Assembly (NCBI GenBank): GCA_019058275.1
Contig: JAHLVW010000025.1
Span: forward strand, 25,171 to 89,170
Source: Candidatus Heimdallarchaeota archaeon
Lineage (GTDB): Archaea; Asgardarchaeota; Heimdallarchaeia; JABLTI01
Direction of reading: 5' to 3'
Length of the DNA stretch: 64,000 bases
Under the pieces are notes generated by a model. That model saw only the letters and a list, made by a program, of their open reading frames with translations. It did no database searches and had not been told where the DNA came from. Numbering within the stretch: position 1 is the first letter of the stretch; every line of letters begins with the position of its first letter. This document shows, piece by piece, positions 61,102-64,000 of the stretch. The position numbers and the translations under genes are program-made.

Positions 61102-62721
61102 TCATTTGAGGGGAAAAAATTCTTTTATAAAAGAATAAAGCACTGCATTTCGAAACAATCTTTTTTCAGGGATACTAATTAAGAAATATGAACAAAACTC
61201 TTCCTTGTATTCCTCTAATGACTTGTTTTCTGTACCAATGAAAAGAAAATAACCACTATCCTTTATTTGTATTCCTTGGAGTAACATTAAAAGAAACTTA
61301 TTTGGTTGTGTATCTAAAGTGCACTTTGATTTCCTAACTCGAAAACTTAATCGTGGATTCTGTCTATAGAATTCTTCTATCGAATAGTTTGCTTGAGTGA
61401 ATATTAGACTTAGAATTGTTATTGGTAGAGCTATTTCATTTCGCTCATATTGAGAAAGCATACCTTGATTTATTGGTAATTTTTCAGTAAATTTCTCTTG
61501 TGTTTCTTTTCCTCTCAATTCTAACAGCAGATCACCCACATTCATTACACAGAAATTACCAATTCTAGAAAAGTCAAAAAAACCACTCAGTAATTTATCT
61601 TCTCGAAATGATTTTACTCTTCCTTCCCAAGTTCCTTGCTTGAAAAGAGTGTGTGGTCGTTGGGAAAAACGATTAACTCTCCTAGAAAGGAGCTCTGTTA
61701 TTTCATCTGATTTCTGTGGGTGAACAGTTCCAATTAATTCTGTGAAATCCTTCCTTGACTTTCCTAAAATACTGATACTATATGTTATTCCACCAAAAAC
61801 TTCTTGTTTATAATTCATAAAATTAATACCATTTTGTAATAAAAAGCTCTCAAAGTCAATAATTAATCTCTTAGAAGCAGATCCAAATAAAATGGTTGAT
61901 TTATAACTCCCATCTGCATCCATCAGTCCACGCCAAAAGGCTCTCCGGAAAAGTTCATTACCTTGGAAAATGAGCGATTCACGAAGAGATGGATACTTTC
62001 GTTGGTTAATGGGTTGTTCCAAAAAGAAATTAAAGAAACGAACGATCCATTTACCTAACAAATTAACATTCCAGGCATTCGCATTGGATTGTTTGAAAAA
62101 CTCTGTCTTAGAATTAAAATTATTAATTAATAATTTAGACAAATTTTCTATGTGTTCTTTAGAAGAATCAATGATATTGATAAAATAATCAGCAAGGTGA
62201 CCATCACCCATAACAACACCTGAAAGATAAGCAAGATCCTCAGTCAGAAAAAGTGGAAGTTGAAAGTCCTCTCCTCGAGCAGATTGGAAGGAAAGAAATT
62301 GTTTGTCATGAAATATTTTAAGCCAATCAGGGTATAATCTGAATAATGGGAAAGGCAAACGCTTTTGCTCTTCGAGATATTTAATTAATCGTTTTTGCCA
62401 CGATCGAATATTGTAATCTACAGGAGTTTCTTGAAAGTAATTGTGAGCTTTTTCTGCTAAGAATAAAGTTTTTTTCCTAATCTCAACCATTCTTTCTTCG
62501 TCTAAAACAATGTATGGAAAAGATTGTAGCAACCGTTCTTGAGAAATGAAATCAGTTTTACGAACCATTATAGAGTACAACTGGAATTGACCTGTAGAAG
62601 TGAAAATCTTCTCTCGTTGACCACTTTCTATTAGATCGTTTGCTGTTAACCACTTGTTTTGAACCATTGGTTCAGGATCAATTAGTAAAGGATCTGTTCT
62701 CCAATGAAGAAACTTTTGCAT
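61102..62721 (-). CDS. Stand-alone double-motif LAGLIDADG endonuclease-like protein with XRE-HTH (copy 2)
   Basis: LAYLSGVVMGDGH and FWRGLMDADGS; 'TQEKFTEKLPINQGMLSQYE'. Confidence 0.8.
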   Translation of the reverse strand: MQKFLHWRTDPLLIDPEPMVQNKWLTANDLIESGQREKIFTSTGQFQLYSIMVRKTDFISQERLLQSFPYIVLDEERMVEIRKKTLFLAEKAHNYFQETPVDYNIRSWQKRLIKYLEEQKRLPFPLFRLYPDWLKIFHDKQFLSFQSARGEDFQLPLFLTEDLAYLSGVVMGDGHLADYFINIIDSSKEHIENLSKLLINNFNSKTEFFKQSNANAWNVNLLGKWIVRFFNFFLEQPINQRKYPSLRESLIFQGNELFRRAFWRGLMDADGSYKSTILFGSASKRLIIDFESFLLQNGINFMNYKQEVFGGITYSISILGKSRKDFTELIGTVHPQKSDEITELLSRRVNRFSQRPHTLFKQGTWEGRVKSFREDKLLSGFFDFSRIGNFCVMNVGDLLLELRGKETQEKFTEKLPINQGMLSQYERNEIALPITILSLIFTQANYSIEEFYRQNPRLSFRVRKSKCTLDTQPNKFLLMLLQGIQIKDSGYFLFIGTENKSLEEYKEEFCSYFLISIPEKRLFRNAVLYSFIKEFFPLK

Positions 62722-62890
62722 ATGACTCTCCTATCATTTAATCTTCATCAACATTCTTAAATACCTCTTAGAAAAGCTGTGCGTTTTACTAATTGATTAA
62801 CTATTCTTTTAAATAAACATGAATACTTTCAGCGAACTCTTTAAATAAATACTATATATCTAGCTAAACATAAACAATAACGAAGAAAAA

Positions 62891-64000
62891 ATGTCCTCAT
62901 ACAAAAAGAAAAAGACATCCACAAAAAGCTACCAATTCAAACTACAAAGAAATAATCAATTGAACTGGTTCCAAGCACTAACAACAAATGCAGCAGAAAA
63001 ACTCCTGGAAGAGCTCTGGTCAGTAGAATGGTTGACCAAACTGGGCAACAGTAATCTTAAAGCTTACAAAGTAATAAACGAAGCACAAGCACAATTAGAA
63101 GGAATTTATCTCCCATCAAGAGTTCGAAGAGGAGTAGCAGAATGGGTAGGTCGAATCATCAGAGGGCAATACAAACGTTACAGGTGCTACCAAGACTGCA
63201 TAGAAATAGTCAACTGGTTAGGAGTGGAAACCAAAGAAAGCAAACTAATAGCAGTGGTCATGCAGCATTGTAGAATAATTGGAAAGAATAGAAAAACGTA
63301 CACCAAATACAAAAAAATCATGGTCCAGCAAACATTAGCTATGATAAAGAACAAGAACCAACGACTAGGTTCAGGGTTCGCTAATTTTGCCTACACAGAT
63401 CACGTCCAACCAAAAATAAAGTATTATGCTTTTAATTTCGGACCAGATGACGACCAAGCAATAAGATACAAAGTAGAAAATCAAATCATCAACTTAGAAA
63501 TAAAGTTACCAAAAACAGCAGAACCAAGAACCAGAGATGATTGGGAGTGGCTAGAACAAGAACTCTTTATCCCTTCAAAAGTGCAAGCAAAAATTGCTAA
63601 AGCACTATCTACTCAACCAGTCAAACCAACCTTGAGAGAAAAGACCTTGAAAGGAGGGCAAAACTACTTTTTCCTACAATTTCCTTGGCAATATCCAAAA
63701 AAGTCACGAAAGAAAAGAAAGGAAAGAGTACTTGCTATCGACCTTGGCTTGAAGAAAGTGGCAATAGTAGCTGTTTTTGAAAAGGGAAAACAGATATCAA
63801 GACCGATAACCATCAAACTCAAAGGTTCAGAGTATTGGCACATAGAGAGAATCTATGAACACATTGCAGAAAACCAACGGCAAATAGCGAAGCAAAAAAA
63901 GAAAAGGGAAAGCAAACAGGTAAAGGTAATTAGAAGAGGAGAGAAGAAGACTATACGAGAAGCGAAACAGATTAGGAGAAGAACTCGCACACACAACAAC
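62891..64000 (+). CDS. tnpB: TnpB/Cas12f-like RuvC nuclease, truncated by the window edge (not in ORF track)
   Basis: Open frame from ATG 62891 (MSSYKKKKTSTKSYQFKL); RuvC-I 'RVLAIDLGLKK' near 63725. Confidence 0.75.
   Translation, partial: MSSYKKKKTSTKSYQFKLQRNNQLNWFQALTTNAAEKLLEELWSVEWLTKLGNSNLKAYKVINEAQAQLEGIYLPSRVRRGVAEWVGRIIRGQYKRYRCYQDCIEIVNWLGVETKESKLIAVVMQHCRIIGKNRKTYTKYKKIMVQQTLAMIKNKNQRLGSGFANFAYTDHVQPKIKYYAFNFGPDDDQAIRYKVENQIINLEIKLPKTAEPRTRDDWEWLEQELFIPSKVQAKIAKALSTQPVKPTLREKTLKGGQNYFFLQFPWQYPKKSRKKRKERVLAIDLGLKKVAIVAVFEKGKQISRPITIKLKGSEYWHIERIYEHIAENQRQIAKQKKKRESKQVKVIRRGEKKTIREAKQIRRRTRTHNN

Noticed and set aside
40115-62721. Composite transposon bounded by the two LAGLIDADG genes
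   Set aside because: The copies are far too diverged, and the interval contains core genes (tRNA-Pro, rps25e, JAB)
1-64000. CRISPR array for the Cas7/Cas5 or Cas1 genes
   Set aside because: No regularly spaced 25-40-nt direct repeats in any intergenic region read; an array elsewhere in the genome is not excluded

Overview
AT-rich archaeal chromosomal DNA, most likely an Asgard archaeon (inferred from ESCRT-III, Rab/Rag/MglA GTPases, longin/roadblock, MIT, JAB and RING-solenoid proteins alongside archaeal PolB, TFB, RFC, GltX and rpS25e). Roughly 1-40 kb and 44.7-50.7 kb are mostly housekeeping and eukaryotic-signature genes, with two intron-containing tRNAs (Asp-GTC, Pro-GGG) and two decayed pseudogenes (DegV, YyaL). 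No CRISPR array is visible, yet two CRISPR-derived modules are present. (1) At 41.8-44.15 kb is a minimal RAMP module: an AbrB regulator, a Cas7/Csm3-like gene, and a Cas5-like RAMP + Zn-ribbon + Cas10-type HD fusion. Its 3' end overlaps a ~165-nt element with compensatory base changes. That element recurs twice more (15.6-15.9 kb and 32.0-32.2 kb) as 5'-truncated orphan copies, an arrangement recalling TnpB/omegaRNA loci. This is the best candidate for an undescribed RNA-guided or mobile system. (2) At 51.6-60.8 kb is an operon of OB-fold protein, RadA-like ATPase, a disrupted giant Cas1 fusion, a DUF1998/YprA-like helicase and a metallophosphoesterase. Also present: two paralogous stand-alone LAGLIDADG-HTH genes, an IS607 tnpA remnant, a TnpB-like gene running off the right edge, and two small genes missed by the ORF track (CdrS/aCcr1-like RHH; AbrB). 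All calls come from reading motifs by eye; no searches were run.
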